Shown piece by piece: positions 8,965 to 22,053 of a stretch of DNA of 64,000 bases. The first letter of the stretch is position 1. Each line of letters opens with the position of its first letter. Under the pieces are notes generated by a model that made no database searches, was not told the DNA's origin, and was given only the letters and a program-made list of their open reading frames with translations. A program made the translations under genes and the position numbers. Source of the stretch: an uncultured Acidobacteriota bacterium. Its GTDB lineage: Bacteria; Acidobacteriota; Terriglobia; Bryobacterales; UBA6623. The DNA lies in NCBI GenBank assembly GCA_963805925.1, contig CAWDWB010000009.1, positions 517,746-581,745 of the forward strand. The letters run 5' to 3'.

Positions 8965-10623
8965 GTGGGAGTTTCGCTCGTGAAACATCTTATTCTTTTC
9001 CTCTTTCTGGTTTCGCCCGTCTTCGCTCAGGAGAAGGTCGATCTTGAGGCCGTCCATCGCATCCGTCAAGAGGCCTTCAAGCATTCGAAGGTCATGGACC
9101 ACCTCTTCTATCTGGTTGAAGTGAATGGTCCGCGCATCACCGGCTCGCCGGGATTCCAAGGCGCGGCGGATTGGGCGGTCACGAGGCTGGAGGAGTACGG
9201 CCTCAAGAACGCCCACGAAGAGAAGTGGGGCCCCTTCGGCGTGGGCTGGTCGCGCAGCTATTATTCGGCGCATCTGATGACGCCGCAATACGAGGCGCTC
9301 ATTGGCGTGCCGATTGGCTGGACACCCTCGACCAAAGGCGTCGTCACGGGTACACCGGTCCTCGCGCCGCTCACCCGACACAGAGAATACCCGCGCGATG
9401 AAGCCTCGATCGACACCTTCATCACGAAGCACAAAGGCAAGCTTGCGGGCCGCATCGTCTTGCTGGCCGACACGAAGAAAGTCGAGATGCACGAACTGGC
9501 GGAGATGCACCGCTACACGAACGAGGAACTCGCCGAGCGTGCATCGGCGCCGGACGGCGTCATCCCGGCAGAGATTGATTACAACGATCCGAAGCTCGAA
9601 ATCCCCGAAGACCCGGACAAGCGTCGCGACTTCCTCTCCCAAGCGCCCGCGTGGTTCGGCGAATTGCGGCGCAAGGACCGCATGCGCATCCAAGGCAAGC
9701 TTAATACGTTCTTGACGGACGAGGGCGTGGCGCTGGTCATGCTGCCTGCAGCGAGAGGCGACGGCGGCACGGTGTTTCCGCCGCGTATGGGCGACCGCGA
9801 CCCGGACTTCCCCACCCCGCCGCCGGCGATCGCCGTGACGCCGGAACAATACAACCGCATCGTCCGACTGATTGAGCACGGCATCGAGCCGGAGCTCGAA
9901 GTGGAGACGCGCACCACGCTGTATCGCGACACGCTGGACTCAATCAACGTGATAGCTGAAATCCCAGGCGGTGACAAAGCTGACGAAATCGTGATGCTTG
10001 GCGGACATCTCGACTCGACGGCAGCCTCCTTAGGCGCGACCGACAACGCGTCCGGCTGCGCGGTGATGATGGAGGCCGTACGCATCTTGAAAGATCTCAA
10101 GCTGCCGATGCGGCGCACTGTGCGCATCGCCTTGTGGGGCGGCGAGGAACAGGGATTGCTCGGCTCCAAGGCCTACGTCACCGAACACTTCGGCAACCGC
10201 GAGACGATGCAGTTAACCGCCGAACACGACGACTTCAGCGCTTACTTCAACGTAGACAACGGCAGCGGCAAGATCCGCGGCGTCTACTTGCAAGAGAACG
10301 ATTTGGTCCGGCCGATTTTCGAGTCGTGGTTGAGGCCCTTCGCCGACCTCGATGCCCGTACGTTATCGATCCGCAACACAGGCGGCACCGATCACCAGTC
10401 GTTCGACGCGGTCGGCCTGCCTGGATTCCAGTTTATTCAAGACCCGCTGGAATATGGCACGCGCACGCACCACTCGAACATGGACGCCTACGATCGCGCC
10501 CAGCCCGCCGACCTGATGCAGGCTGCGGCGATTGTTGCGTCGTTCGTCTATCACGCCGCCAACCGCGACGAGAAATTGCCGCGCAAGGAATTGCCGGAAC
10601 CCGAGCCATTGACGAAGCCGTAA
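8965..10623 (+). CDS. M28-family metallopeptidase (aminopeptidase), secreted
   Basis: Signal-like N-terminus LILFLFLVSPVFAQE. M28 motifs present: GGHLDS, DNASGCAVMMEAVRIL, WGGEEQGLLGS. The start is GTG at 8965 (alternative GTG at 8980). Confidence 0.85.
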   Translation: MGVSLVKHLILFLFLVSPVFAQEKVDLEAVHRIRQEAFKHSKVMDHLFYLVEVNGPRITGSPGFQGAADWAVTRLEEYGLKNAHEEKWGPFGVGWSRSYYSAHLMTPQYEALIGVPIGWTPSTKGVVTGTPVLAPLTRHREYPRDEASIDTFITKHKGKLAGRIVLLADTKKVEMHELAEMHRYTNEELAERASAPDGVIPAEIDYNDPKLEIPEDPDKRRDFLSQAPAWFGELRRKDRMRIQGKLNTFLTDEGVALVMLPAARGDGGTVFPPRMGDRDPDFPTPPPAIAVTPEQYNRIVRLIEHGIEPELEVETRTTLYRDTLDSINVIAEIPGGDKADEIVMLGGHLDSTAASLGATDNASGCAVMMEAVRILKDLKLPMRRTVRIALWGGEEQGLLGSKAYVTEHFGNRETMQLTAEHDDFSAYFNVDNGSGKIRGVYLQENDLVRPIFESWLRPFADLDARTLSIRNTGGTDHQSFDAVGLPGFQFIQDPLEYGTRTHHSNMDAYDRAQPADLMQAAAIVASFVYHAANRDEKLPRKELPEPEPLTKP

Positions 10624-10640
10624 CCGTTTACAATCGACGC

Positions 10641-11162
10641 TTGATACGCCGCGTCGCCGTTCTACTGTTGCTGCTCGCCGCTGCAGGGCTCAGCCTGGGG
10701 TGCCCACGCAACACGCCGGAGGTGCCCGCGGAGACGGCGCCAGCGTTGCTGTCGCGTGTTGAGGCCGCTGACCCACAGGCTGCGGCGCAGTTGCTCGAAG
10801 GCTTCTACCCGCTAGAGCAAAGGCTGTGGTGTTGGACGTCCAGGAAGTTTGCCGTCTCGCTGGCGGCGCCGCCTCCGGTTCCCGATTTACCGGTGGAGTT
10901 GGCTCTGCAGTTCACTCTTCCTGCGGTGATTATCGAGAGGCTGGGCCCGATCACGCTCACGGCGCACATCGGCGGCGTCGAGGTCGGCTCGCGTCTCTAC
11001 GAGCAGCCCGGTGTGGGCTTGGACTTCAACGCCGAGATCCCCGACGCTCTGCTCGCCAACGACGAAACGGTGGTCGAGTTCGAGTTGGATAAGTCCTTGA
11101 TTGCCGACGAAGAGCCCAAGCGCGAACTCGGCATCGTCTTTCTATCGGCGGCGCTGCAGTGA
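10641..11162 (+). CDS. Hypothetical lipoprotein
   Basis: TTG at 10641 gives LIRRVAVLLLLLAAAGLSLGC, which contains a lipobox. The upstream part of the 10134 ORF overlaps the M28 gene. The stop overlaps the start of the next gene. Confidence 0.5.
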   Translation: MIRRVAVLLLLLAAAGLSLGCPRNTPEVPAETAPALLSRVEAADPQAAAQLLEGFYPLEQRLWCWTSRKFAVSLAAPPPVPDLPVELALQFTLPAVIIERLGPITLTAHIGGVEVGSRLYEQPGVGLDFNAEIPDALLANDETVVEFELDKSLIADEEPKRELGIVFLSAALQ

Positions 11163-12538
11163 AACGCGAAGTTCTCGCCTGGGCGCTGCCGCCTTGCGTT
11201 CTGCTGGCCGTCTACTGGCTAGGCCTGTGGACCTGGTTTCACCATGACGACTTCACCCTGCTGTGGCAGGCGCAGTTGTCGGCGCGCGAATTCTGGCCGC
11301 AGCTGCTCGAACCGCGCGCGCAGGGTACATATCGCACCTTCAGCGAACGTCTCTACTTCTATTTCTTCTACCAGTGGTTCGGCTTTAACGCCTTTCCTTT
11401 TCGGGCGCTGGTCTTCGGCACGCAAACGATCAATTTATGGCTGTTCATGGCCGTCGCCCGGCGTGTGAGCGGGTCGCTCGCTGTGGGCGTGTTAGGCGCG
11501 TGTCTGTGGGCTGTGCATCACGGATTGGCCTCCACGATGAGCTGGTCGTCGGCTTATAACCAGGCGCTCTGCTCGTTTTTCTTGCTGATTAGCATTTGGC
11601 TTTTCTTGCGCTTTGCCGAGAGCGGGCGGGTTGGCTTCTACGTCGCGCAGTGGCTGACATTTCTGATCGGTTTCGGCGCGCTCGAAAGCATCGTGCTGTA
11701 CCCGGCTCTGGTGATCGCCTGGTGCGTACTGTTTCAGCGCGAGCGGCTGCGCTGGGCCTTGCCGATGCTGGCCGGCTCGCTGATGTTGACTTGGATCCAA
11801 TTGAGCGGGCCCTCCGGCGGACGCAGCGATGTCTACGCTCTGGTCTTCGCCCCTCCCGCATTGGCGGAGACGCTGCTCTACTACCTGCGCAACGCCCTTG
11901 CCGCCGACGGTCCGGTTTGGCTAGCGTGGGTGATCGGCCTGCCGCTCGCCGGGCTGGCGTTAGGCAACGCCGTGAAGGGCCGTCTTGCCGCACTGTTCGG
12001 TTGGATCTGGTTCGTTGTGGCGTTGGCGCCCTTCTTGCCTCTGGCCCATCACCTGAGCGTCTACTATCTCTTCTTCCCGTCAGCAGGCCTGGCGTTCGCC
12101 GCTGCCACGGTTTCGATTCACGCTTGGGAGTACGGGTGGGCAGCCCGGGCCGCAATCGCCGTTGTGTTGTCGTTGTGGATTGGCGTCACGATACCGGCCG
12201 CCCGAAAGGAGGCGGCCTCCAACTATGCGCAAAGCATTCGCGCACGCGATCTGGTCAGCGCCCTCGCCGCAGCGAGGGCTCAACACCCGAATAAAACGTT
12301 ACTGCTGACCGGCATCGATGAGGAGTTCTTCAACGCCTCCATCGGCCAGCAGATGTTGCGCGTCGTCGGCCTCTTCAATGTATACCTGGCGGCGAGCGAC
12401 TTCAACGCAGAAGGCTTCACCCTGCCCGCCGACAAGACACGGCACGGACTTCTACGGGACTCGCTCATCGTCTACGATGCCTCCGCCTCGCCGGTGCGGG
12501 ACATCACCCGCGATTACCGGCAATCGCTCGCCCGATGA
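11159..12538 (+). CDS. Polytopic membrane protein, ArnT/PMT (GT-C, GT39-like) glycosyltransferase-like
   Basis: 459 aa with many hydrophobic segments and an N-terminal WFHHDDF-type acidic motif after TM1, resembling GT-C enzymes. Overlaps the upstream lipoprotein gene by 4 nt. Confidence 0.5.
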   Translation: MKREVLAWALPPCVLLAVYWLGLWTWFHHDDFTLLWQAQLSAREFWPQLLEPRAQGTYRTFSERLYFYFFYQWFGFNAFPFRALVFGTQTINLWLFMAVARRVSGSLAVGVLGACLWAVHHGLASTMSWSSAYNQALCSFFLLISIWLFLRFAESGRVGFYVAQWLTFLIGFGALESIVLYPALVIAWCVLFQRERLRWALPMLAGSLMLTWIQLSGPSGGRSDVYALVFAPPALAETLLYYLRNALAADGPVWLAWVIGLPLAGLALGNAVKGRLAALFGWIWFVVALAPFLPLAHHLSVYYLFFPSAGLAFAAATVSIHAWEYGWAARAAIAVVLSLWIGVTIPAARKEAASNYAQSIRARDLVSALAAARAQHPNKTLLLTGIDEEFFNASIGQQMLRVVGLFNVYLAASDFNAEGFTLPADKTRHGLLRDSLIVYDASASPVRDITRDYRQSLAR

Positions 12539-13901
12539 AATAGACCGCGAAGCCCGCGATCATGCCGGGCAGCACTTCGTACATGGCGCCGCTGAGGTTC
12601 AGCGTGAAGCGCCATACAATCGCCGTTGTAACGCCAGCCAGCATCATCGCCGTCGCCAGCTGCGGGCTGGTTCTCCAGCCGAAGCAGCGCACTACCATCA
12701 ACGGGCCAAAGGCCGCCGCCAGTGCGCCCCAGGCCATGATGACCATGGCAAAGACGCTTTCGCCCGCGTTCAATGCGATCGCCAGCATGACCGCTGTCAC
12801 GAAGACGGTGCCGAGCTTGGCCTTGGCGTAGGAGTCGCGCCACGAAGGAAATAGGTCTTGGGTGATCGCTGACGAACAGACCAAGACTTGCGAGTCGGCC
12901 GTCGACATGGTCGAGGCGAACAGGCCAGCGATGAGCAGTCCGACTAAGACCGAAGGCAGCAGTTGAAGCCCAAGCATCGGCAAAGCAAGTTCCGGGTCGA
13001 AGGCTTGGTCTGTGGACAGCAATACGCGGCAACACAATGCCGCCGTGATGCTGAATGTCGAGAGCGCGGCATTGCCGAGGCAGTAGACGTGCCGCGAGAT
13101 GCGCAGGTCTTCGTGCTTTCGCACCGCCATCATGCGCACCATGATGTGCGGTTGGCCGATCATGCCCGAGCCGGCCCCGAACCAACCCAACAGGTAAAGA
13201 CCGAACCCGAAGGGCAAGTTGTCGGGCACGAGTTGGATCAGCTGCGGGTCGATGGCTTCCAACTGCTGCCACAGCGAAGAGAAACCGCCAGCCGCATTCA
13301 CGCCCGCCACAGCGAGTACAAAGATCGAACCCAACATGACGAAGGCTTGGGCCACGTCGGTCCAAATCGACGCGCGGATGCCGCCGGAGAAACAATAGAT
13401 CAGCACAATCACCGCGCCAATCACCGCGCCCACCGAGTAGTCCCAGCCAAAGAGCACTTGCAGAGCCTTGCTGCCCGCGCTCAGCTGCGCGGAAGCATAG
13501 GCGCCGAGAAATAGCAGCGTCGCGACCGCTGCCGTGCTGCGCGGCAACAAACCGTCGGTAACGCCTCCCAGAAAAGTCGGAATAGTCTTGGCATTCTGTG
13601 CGACGCTCTGTTCGCGCAACCGCTCGGGAATGATGAACCAAGTGAAGTAGGCGCCGAACGTCCAGCCGACCATGATCCAGGCGGCCGAGATGCCCGCAGT
13701 ATAGGTCGTGCCGATGAGCCCAACGAAGAAGAAGCCGCTGGCGTTGGTGGCCATCGCCGAAAGGCCGGTAAACCAAGGGCCCACGTTGCGGCCGGCCAGC
13801 AGATAGTCGTCAATGGTCGACTCGCGCTTGTGTTGCGCTGCGTACGTTCCGATGACGACGAACGCCAGCAAGAAGGCCAGAAAGGTGGCAATGACGATCA
13901 C
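12504..13901 (-). CDS. Sodium:solute symporter family (SSF, PutP-like) transporter
   Basis: 465 aa, polytopic, with SSF signature-like GGIRASIWTDVAQ. Paralogous to the upstream gene. Confidence 0.85.
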   Translation of the reverse strand: MIVIATFLAFLLAFVVIGTYAAQHKRESTIDDYLLAGRNVGPWFTGLSAMATNASGFFFVGLIGTTYTAGISAAWIMVGWTFGAYFTWFIIPERLREQSVAQNAKTIPTFLGGVTDGLLPRSTAAVATLLFLGAYASAQLSAGSKALQVLFGWDYSVGAVIGAVIVLIYCFSGGIRASIWTDVAQAFVMLGSIFVLAVAGVNAAGGFSSLWQQLEAIDPQLIQLVPDNLPFGFGLYLLGWFGAGSGMIGQPHIMVRMMAVRKHEDLRISRHVYCLGNAALSTFSITAALCCRVLLSTDQAFDPELALPMLGLQLLPSVLVGLLIAGLFASTMSTADSQVLVCSSAITQDLFPSWRDSYAKAKLGTVFVTAVMLAIALNAGESVFAMVIMAWGALAAAFGPLMVVRCFGWRTSPQLATAMMLAGVTTAIVWRFTLNLSGAMYEVLPGMIAGFAVYFIGRAIAGNRG

Positions 13902-15310
13902 GCCGCTTCACTCTTCGCTCGCTGCAGCGCGCGGCCCGCAGCGTAAACCAAAAGGCCGGCGATCATCCCAGGCAGCACCTCGAAAATATCGTCGCCAAAA
14001 CCCAAGGTGAACCGCCAGACGAAGACTGCCGCCAAGCCTGTGAGGATCATCGTCGCCGCCAGTTGGGGCGAAGCCCGCCAGCCAAGCGCACGCACAATCA
14101 TCAGCGGTCCCAATGAGGCGCCCAGTGCCGACCAAGCCATGGTGACCATCGCGAAAACGCTCTCGCCTGCAGAGAGCGCCATCGCCAGGACGACTGCCGT
14201 AACAAGCGCCGTGCCCACCTTGGCCTTTACATAGGAATTGCGCCAGCCCGGGAAGAGGTCTTGCGTGATCGCCGAGGAGCACACCAGGACCTGCGAGTCA
14301 GCCGTCGACATGGTGGCCGCGAATAGGCCGGCAATAATAACTCCCACCAGAACCGGCGGCAGCAACTCTAGAGAGAGCGTCGGCAAAGCCAGTTCCGGAT
14401 CGAACCCGGTACTCGCCGGCAAGAGTACGCGGCAGCACAGCGCGGCAATCACGCAACCCACGGTCAACAAGAAGTTCCAAACCGTATAGATATGCCGCGA
14501 GAGACGAAGATCTTCGGGACTCCGCGAGGCCATCATGCGCACCATGATGTGCGGCTGGCCCACTACGCCAAAACCCGCGCCGAACCATCCCAGGATGAAC
14601 AAACCGAAACCGAACCGTGCATTTGCCGGCGAGATGCTGATCAGTTGCGGATCGATCGCCTCCAGCTTTTGCCACAGGGCCGCAAAGCCTCCGGCTTGGG
14701 TAACGCCGACCGCGGCCAGCAAAAAGATGGCGCCGACCATCACCAACGACTGCGCCACATCGGTCCAGATCGACGCGCGAATGCCGCCGGAGAAGCAGTA
14801 GATCAATACGATGACCGCGCCGATCACGGCGCCGGCCGCGTAATCCCAGCCAAAAAGCACTTGTAAGGCTTTACTGCCGGCGCTGAGTTGAGCCGAAGCG
14901 TAAGCGCCGAGAAAGATCAGCGTCACCGCGGCAGCCGCCGTCCGCGGAAGGGCGCCATTCACCGCGCCTCCCAAAAATGTCGGGATGGTTTTGGCATCTT
15001 GTTGCGCACTTCGCTTTCGCAGGGGTTCGTGAATAAAAAACCAGGTTAGATAGTCGCCGAAAACCCAACCAATCATCACCCATGAAGCGGAGATGCCGCC
15101 AGCATAGACGGCGCCGATAAAGCCGACGAACATGAACCCGCTATTGTTGCTGGCCATCGCCGAGAGGGCCGTAAACCAAGGACCAATACTGCGATTGGCC
15201 AACAGGTAGTCTTCCGTCGTGTTGCCCTGCTTGCTCTTCACCGCGTAGGCCCCAATGACGATGAAGCCGAGGAGCGAAAGAAGAAAGGTGAATATCACTA
15301 CGCCGGACAC
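13898..15310 (-). CDS. Sodium:solute symporter family (SSF, PutP-like) transporter
   Basis: 470 aa with a GTG start at 15310. Shares the motifs GGIRASIWTDVAQ and STADSQVLVCSSAITQDLFP with its neighbour. 4-nt overlap with the downstream paralog. Confidence 0.85.
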   Translation of the reverse strand: MSGVVIFTFLLSLLGFIVIGAYAVKSKQGNTTEDYLLANRSIGPWFTALSAMASNNSGFMFVGFIGAVYAGGISASWVMIGWVFGDYLTWFFIHEPLRKRSAQQDAKTIPTFLGGAVNGALPRTAAAAVTLIFLGAYASAQLSAGSKALQVLFGWDYAAGAVIGAVIVLIYCFSGGIRASIWTDVAQSLVMVGAIFLLAAVGVTQAGGFAALWQKLEAIDPQLISISPANARFGFGLFILGWFGAGFGVVGQPHIMVRMMASRSPEDLRLSRHIYTVWNFLLTVGCVIAALCCRVLLPASTGFDPELALPTLSLELLPPVLVGVIIAGLFAATMSTADSQVLVCSSAITQDLFPGWRNSYVKAKVGTALVTAVVLAMALSAGESVFAMVTMAWSALGASLGPLMIVRALGWRASPQLAATMILTGLAAVFVWRFTLGFGDDIFEVLPGMIAGLLVYAAGRALQRAKSEAA

Positions 15311-15579
15311 AGTAAATAGAACCCGCCAGCCGCTTGGGGCGTTCGCATTAGTGTGCCATGTTGGGGCTTGAAGGGTGGAGTAACGGCTTGGCTCCGCGCA
15401 GGTGGTGATACCGGTCGCCCGATGGGAATTTGGGAGTAGGAAACTTTGGAGAACAACGATGAGCTGGATTTCGTCGGGGGATTAACTTCTGAGGCAATCG
15501 AACAGCAAGTACGTGACGCCCTGGCGGTCGCACAGTAGCGTCGTTCTGTTCAGGTTGCGCCGGTTGCAAGCCCCCAATT

Positions 15580-16206
15580 GTGGACACTCGCCATTGTTCA
15601 ACCGATGATGAGAGTGTGATCCGCCTGCTCGTCGCCATCGCCATGGTCCTCGCCGGGTGCAGCGCTCCGCATGTCGAGCAACATGCACTGCCGCAGCCCA
15701 ATCCCACGAGCTACGACTTTGCGGCCTCCGTCAACGCCGTTCATCAGGCCATCGACGCACTGTACAAACGACAGTTCACCGAGCGCCCGCTCAACACCTT
15801 CGGCGTGGCCAAGCCCGGCGACGAAATCCTCACCGACGAGCAGCGCGCGCGCTTCGATGCTCCAGGCTGCGCGGAGGACCGCTACCTCTCATATATGCAC
15901 GAACCGATGAGCCTCTCGCCGGTCTACTTCGTTAGTGGCGAGCCGGCGCCCTACATCGCCGATTTCTATCTCAAGATTGAGGCGCTCGATGACCAGCTTA
16001 CGCGGGTCACCGTGGACGCCCTCGACCCCCAGGTTATCGCAGGCAAAACATTGTTCCCCCGGCACGAACTCACCCGCGCCAATATCTACTTGCCGGTCTC
16101 CCCCACCACCGTCGAGGAGTATCAACTCCTACTGCGCATCGGCGAGCTCTTGGGCCAATCGGGCATGCCGGCACTGCGAGTTCCCAAAGCCCCTCGCCAG
16201 GAGTAA
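15580..16206 (+). CDS. Hypothetical lipoprotein
   Basis: IRLLVAIAMVLAGCSAP contains a lipobox. An in-frame GTG at 15616 is a likely alternative start. No recognisable domain. Confidence 0.5.
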   Translation: MDTRHCSTDDESVIRLLVAIAMVLAGCSAPHVEQHALPQPNPTSYDFAASVNAVHQAIDALYKRQFTERPLNTFGVAKPGDEILTDEQRARFDAPGCAEDRYLSYMHEPMSLSPVYFVSGEPAPYIADFYLKIEALDDQLTRVTVDALDPQVIAGKTLFPRHELTRANIYLPVSPTTVEEYQLLLRIGELLGQSGMPALRVPKAPRQE

Positions 16207-16408
16207 ACTTGAGCGATTACTGACGGTCCACAAAGTCTGTTAGACCTTTCCGGCATTTCGATTCGAAGCGCGCCCCGTCGTCCCCGTCGTGGACGGCGTC
16301 CGTGTCGAACTCGAAGCCATGGCCTGGCGCGACGAGTTAGACGGCAAGCAGCGGCGCCTGCTGCAAGCCCTGGGTTCAGAACGCAAGTCCTGGAGCCCGA
16401 TTCGGCAA

Positions 16409-16437
16409 TTGACAGGGGAGTGAAGCTCTCGTAGGAT
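16409..16437 (+). promoter_or_regulatory. Sigma70-like promoter upstream of the Fur-family gene
   Basis: TTGACA (16409-16414), a 17-nt spacer, then TAGGAT (16432-16437). This would give a near-leaderless transcript if the GTG at 16447 is used. Confidence 0.3.
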
Positions 16438-16482
16438 GGCATCCCAGTGAGACGGTCGGTTCAGAAAGGGCTGAACGCGCGG

Positions 16483-19171
<2,689 letters not shown>

Positions 19172-19384
19172 TCAAACAAGATCGTTAGGGATCGATTCGT
19201 CCCTGTGCGGGACCGCCCGGGCGCCGGTCGCGACGCTCCTCGGTGTGTCAGTCTATCTCTGGCTCCGCGCAACCGCGTTGATTGTACAACTTGGAATCAC
19301 GAACGTGCCAGGAAGCGCGTCGCTTTGGGCTGACCGTTGGAGGTGGGATTAGGGCGCCGGCGCCGCAAAGCGCCGCGCGATCGT

Positions 19385-22012
19385 TCAGCCGACCAGTTCG
19401 TAGGCCTTCTCTAGCGCCAACGCCAGCTTGACCGCGTCTTTGCCGCCGGCTTCGGCCAGGTCGGGGCGTCCGCCGCCGCGCCCGCCCAACTCTTGGGCAA
19501 TAGCGCCGATGAGTTTGCCGGCGTGGACTCTGGAACCCGCCAAGTCTTTGGTGACGCCGCAGATCAACGCGACGTCGCCGTCGTTGGCCGAACCCAACAC
19601 CACGACGCCCGAACCCAGTTTGCCGCGCAGCGAATCGACCAGCGAGCGCAGTTGGCTGCGGTCGAGGCCGTCGACCTGGGCGGCGATCACCTTGATGCCG
19701 TTGACCTCGCGGGCTTGCTCGGCCAGATCCCCGGACCCTGCCTGGGCGATCTTCGACTTGAGACGATCGATCTCGCGTTCCTTATCGCGGTTGTCGGCAA
19801 TTAGCCGTTCGACGCTTTCGACCAGATCGGGCTCGGACGACTTGAGCATGGCGGCCAGCGAGTGCACGCGGTCTTGCGATTCCTTGAGCTGTTCGTAGGC
19901 GCCAAATCCCGTGACGGCTTCCAGACGCCGAACGCCTGCCGAGACGCTGCCCTCGCTGGTGATCTTGAAGACGCCAATGTCGCCGGTGCGGCGAACGTGC
20001 GTGCCGCCGCAAAGTTCCTTGCTGAAGTCGCCGACTTGCACGACGCGCACCTTGTCGCCGTACTTCTCGCCGAACAGCGCCATCGCACCGGTCTGGACGG
20101 CATTGTTGATGTCCATCACGTCGGTGATGACTTGCGTATTGACCAGAATCTCGCGGTTGACAATGCGCTCGATCTCTTCGATTTCGCTCTGATCCATCTG
20201 CGCGTAGTGCGTGACGTCGAAGCGCAAACGCTCCGGCGAGACGATGCTGCCGGCCTGCTTGACGTGTTTGCCCAGCACCTGGCGCAACGCGGCGTGGAGC
20301 AAGTGAGTTGCCGTGTGGTTGCGGCGGGTCGAGTCGCGGGTATTGTCATTGACGCGCGCCTCAACCTCGTCCCCCACCTTGATGTCTCTGATGATCTCGG
20401 CCTTGTGGACGTTCAGGCCTTTGACTGGCGCCTGCGTATCGAGGACGCGTGCGACCGGCTCGCCGCCGACCAGCAGCACGCCCTGATCGCCGACCTGGCC
20501 GCCGGACTCAGCATAAAACGGCGTGCGGTCCAGAATGATCTCGGCCTTCGCGCCCGCAGCCACGCTGTCGACCGGTGCGTTGTCTACGACGATGGCGGCG
20601 ACGTGAACGTGCGGCACATCAGTCAGCTCGTAGCCCAAAAACGACGTCGGGCATTGCTTGAATAGTTCCTGGTAAACCTCTGCTGTCTTAGAGGTTTCCC
20701 CGCCTTTCCAACTCGCCCGGGCACGCGTGCGCTGCCCTTCCATCTCGGCCTGGAAGCCCTCAAGATCGATGGACAAATTGCGCTCGTCGGCCAGTTCGTT
20801 CTGCTCGTCGAGCGACAAGCCGAACGTGTCGTAGAGCTTAAAGGCCACCGGCCCAGGGATCTTGCCGTCGACGGCCTGCGACACCGCAGCCTCGAACTCG
20901 CGCTCGGCCATCACGAAGTTGCGGTGGTAGCGCAGCTCCTCTTCTTTGACGATGCGCTGCACTCGTTCGATCGACTCTTGCAGCTCCGGGTAGCCGGGCT
21001 TCATCAAATCGGCGACGAATTTGGTGAGCTGGTAGAGAAACGGCTCTTCCCTGCCCGCAAGGCGCGCATGGCGCAGAGCGCGGCGCATGATCTTGCGCAG
21101 CACATAGCCGCGGCCTTCGTTCGAAGGCATGATGCCGTCGTGGATCAAGAACTCGGCGGCCCGGGCATGGTCCGCAACCACGCGCAGGGTGACGTCGGTT
21201 TCGTGATCCTGACCGTACTTCACGCCGATGATCTCGGCGGCGCGGTCGATGATCGGACGGATCAAGTCGGTCTCAAAGTTCGACAGCTTGCCTTGCAGCA
21301 CCGCAGCGGTCCGCTCCAGCCCCATACCTGTGTCAATCGACGGCTTAGGCAACGGCGTCAGTTTGCCGTCTGAGTCGCGGTCAAACTGCATGAAGACGAG
21401 ATTCCAGATCTCGACGTAGCGGCTGACTTCGGACGGGAACGCTTCGTCTTCTTCACCCGGCTCCAGCCCTTCGGGGCCGAAGTCGTAAAAGATCTCCGAG
21501 CAGGGACCGCAGGGGCCTGTGTCGCCCATCTGCCAGAAGTTATCCTTCGCCCCACATCGGTGAATGCGCTTCGGGTCGATGTCGGTGTGCTTGGTCCAAA
21601 GCTCTTCGGCTTCGTCGTCGTCTTCGAAGATCGTGACGTAGAGGCGGTCCTTGGGCAGCCCGTAGACTACCGTGACGAGTTCCCAGGCAAACTCAATCGC
21701 CTCGGCCTTGAAGTAGTCGCCGAACGAGAAGTTGCCCAGCATCTCGAAGAACGTGTGATGGCGGCGAGTGCGGCCGACGTTCTCCAGGTCGTTGTGTTTG
21801 CCGCCGGCGCGAACGCATTTCTGAGACGTTGTGGCGCGGGTATAATCGCGTTTCTCGACGCCAAGGAAGGTGTCCTTGAACTGGTTCATGCCCGCGTTGG
21901 CGAATAACAACGTGGGGTCGTTGGCGGGTACGAGCGAAGAGCTCGACACGATGCGGTGTCCCTTGGACTCAAAAAAGCGCAGGAACTTTTCGCGGATCTC
22001 GTTGCCAGTCAC
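19385..22012 (-). CDS. alaS: Alanine--tRNA ligase
   Basis: 875 aa. Starts MTGNEIREKFLRFFESKGHRIV, contains the editing-domain HTATHLLH motif, and has a C-terminal DHHA1-like region. Confidence 0.95.
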   Translation of the reverse strand: MTGNEIREKFLRFFESKGHRIVSSSSLVPANDPTLLFANAGMNQFKDTFLGVEKRDYTRATTSQKCVRAGGKHNDLENVGRTRRHHTFFEMLGNFSFGDYFKAEAIEFAWELVTVVYGLPKDRLYVTIFEDDDEAEELWTKHTDIDPKRIHRCGAKDNFWQMGDTGPCGPCSEIFYDFGPEGLEPGEEDEAFPSEVSRYVEIWNLVFMQFDRDSDGKLTPLPKPSIDTGMGLERTAAVLQGKLSNFETDLIRPIIDRAAEIIGVKYGQDHETDVTLRVVADHARAAEFLIHDGIMPSNEGRGYVLRKIMRRALRHARLAGREEPFLYQLTKFVADLMKPGYPELQESIERVQRIVKEEELRYHRNFVMAEREFEAAVSQAVDGKIPGPVAFKLYDTFGLSLDEQNELADERNLSIDLEGFQAEMEGQRTRARASWKGGETSKTAEVYQELFKQCPTSFLGYELTDVPHVHVAAIVVDNAPVDSVAAGAKAEIILDRTPFYAESGGQVGDQGVLLVGGEPVARVLDTQAPVKGLNVHKAEIIRDIKVGDEVEARVNDNTRDSTRRNHTATHLLHAALRQVLGKHVKQAGSIVSPERLRFDVTHYAQMDQSEIEEIERIVNREILVNTQVITDVMDINNAVQTGAMALFGEKYGDKVRVVQVGDFSKELCGGTHVRRTGDIGVFKITSEGSVSAGVRRLEAVTGFGAYEQLKESQDRVHSLAAMLKSSEPDLVESVERLIADNRDKEREIDRLKSKIAQAGSGDLAEQAREVNGIKVIAAQVDGLDRSQLRSLVDSLRGKLGSGVVVLGSANDGDVALICGVTKDLAGSRVHAGKLIGAIAQELGGRGGGRPDLAEAGGKDAVKLALALEKAYELVG

Positions 22013-22053
22013 AAAAACAACCCCAATGTACAGCTAGAGGAGGGCGGGCGTAG

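Noticed and set aside
15311-15480. 5' leader of the symporter pair, examined for a riboswitch.
   Set aside because: No conserved riboswitch core motifs (glycine, proline-related, c-di-GMP and others) are recognisable by eye. An Rfam scan would be needed.
19280-19300. Palindrome TTGTACAA in the katG upstream region, considered as a candidate Fur/PerR box.
   Set aside because: It is only 8 bp and does not resemble the 7-1-7 Fur/PerR consensus. It would need motif scanning across peroxide-stress promoters of this organism.
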